Source: Lingula anatina
Taxonomy: Eukaryota > Animalia > Brachiopoda
Length of the DNA stretch: 64,000 bases
Direction: 5' to 3'
Assembly (NCBI GenBank): GCA_051362555.1
Contig: CM120643.1
Span: forward strand, 12,250,644 to 12,314,643
The notes under the pieces are model-generated. The model saw only the letters and a program-made list of their open reading frames with translations, was not told where the DNA came from and did not search any database. Below, piece by piece: positions 63,852 through 64,000 of this stretch (positions are counted from its first letter, which is position 1; the number at the start of each line of letters is the position of its first letter). The position numbers and the translations under genes were made by a program.

Positions 63852-64000
63852 GTAAGTATGGGGACTGGTTAGATAAAGAAAAGTGGCATTTTATTCATTT
63901 TCCTTTGTGTCAGGCATATGACTTGGCACAGCTGTCTTTTTTTTTATCCTCAAACTACCTCTTAAGCATGGTTGGTCAGATGAAGGATATCTATCAGGCC

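Overview
This is AT-rich, intron-rich eukaryotic (animal) genomic DNA. The repeat content suggests a marine invertebrate such as a mollusc, but that is an inference. (1) A complete 9-exon SSR1/TRAP-alpha gene lies on the + strand (CDS 44168-53865). All intron phases are consistent and give a 302-aa protein. (2) The first two coding exons of an nrf-6/O-acyltransferase-like (NRF-domain) gene begin at 61900 (+) and the gene runs off the right end. (3) An unidentified large-intron gene on the - strand appears to start head-to-head with SSR1 (about 43.9 kb) and run off the left end. It has two phase-compatible coding-like exons (25910-26053, 2670-2747) and several candidate short UTR exons/microexons. 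(4) There are many non-autonomous DNA transposons: PIF/Harbinger-like MITEs with 3-bp TSDs, CAG-ended elements with 5-bp and 6-bp TSDs, a TTAA-flanked element and a fold-back element. There is also a 5'-truncated CR1/L2-type LINE, a 34/35-bp minisatellite and microsatellites. No rRNA, tRNA, CRISPR array or prokaryotic system was seen, and I cannot support a claim of a wholly new biological system. The most unusual signals are a tandemly repeated exon/intron junction in SSR1, a MITE whose core is inverted relative to its termini, co-varying TIR arms, and the short-exon/stop-start architecture of the - strand gene.
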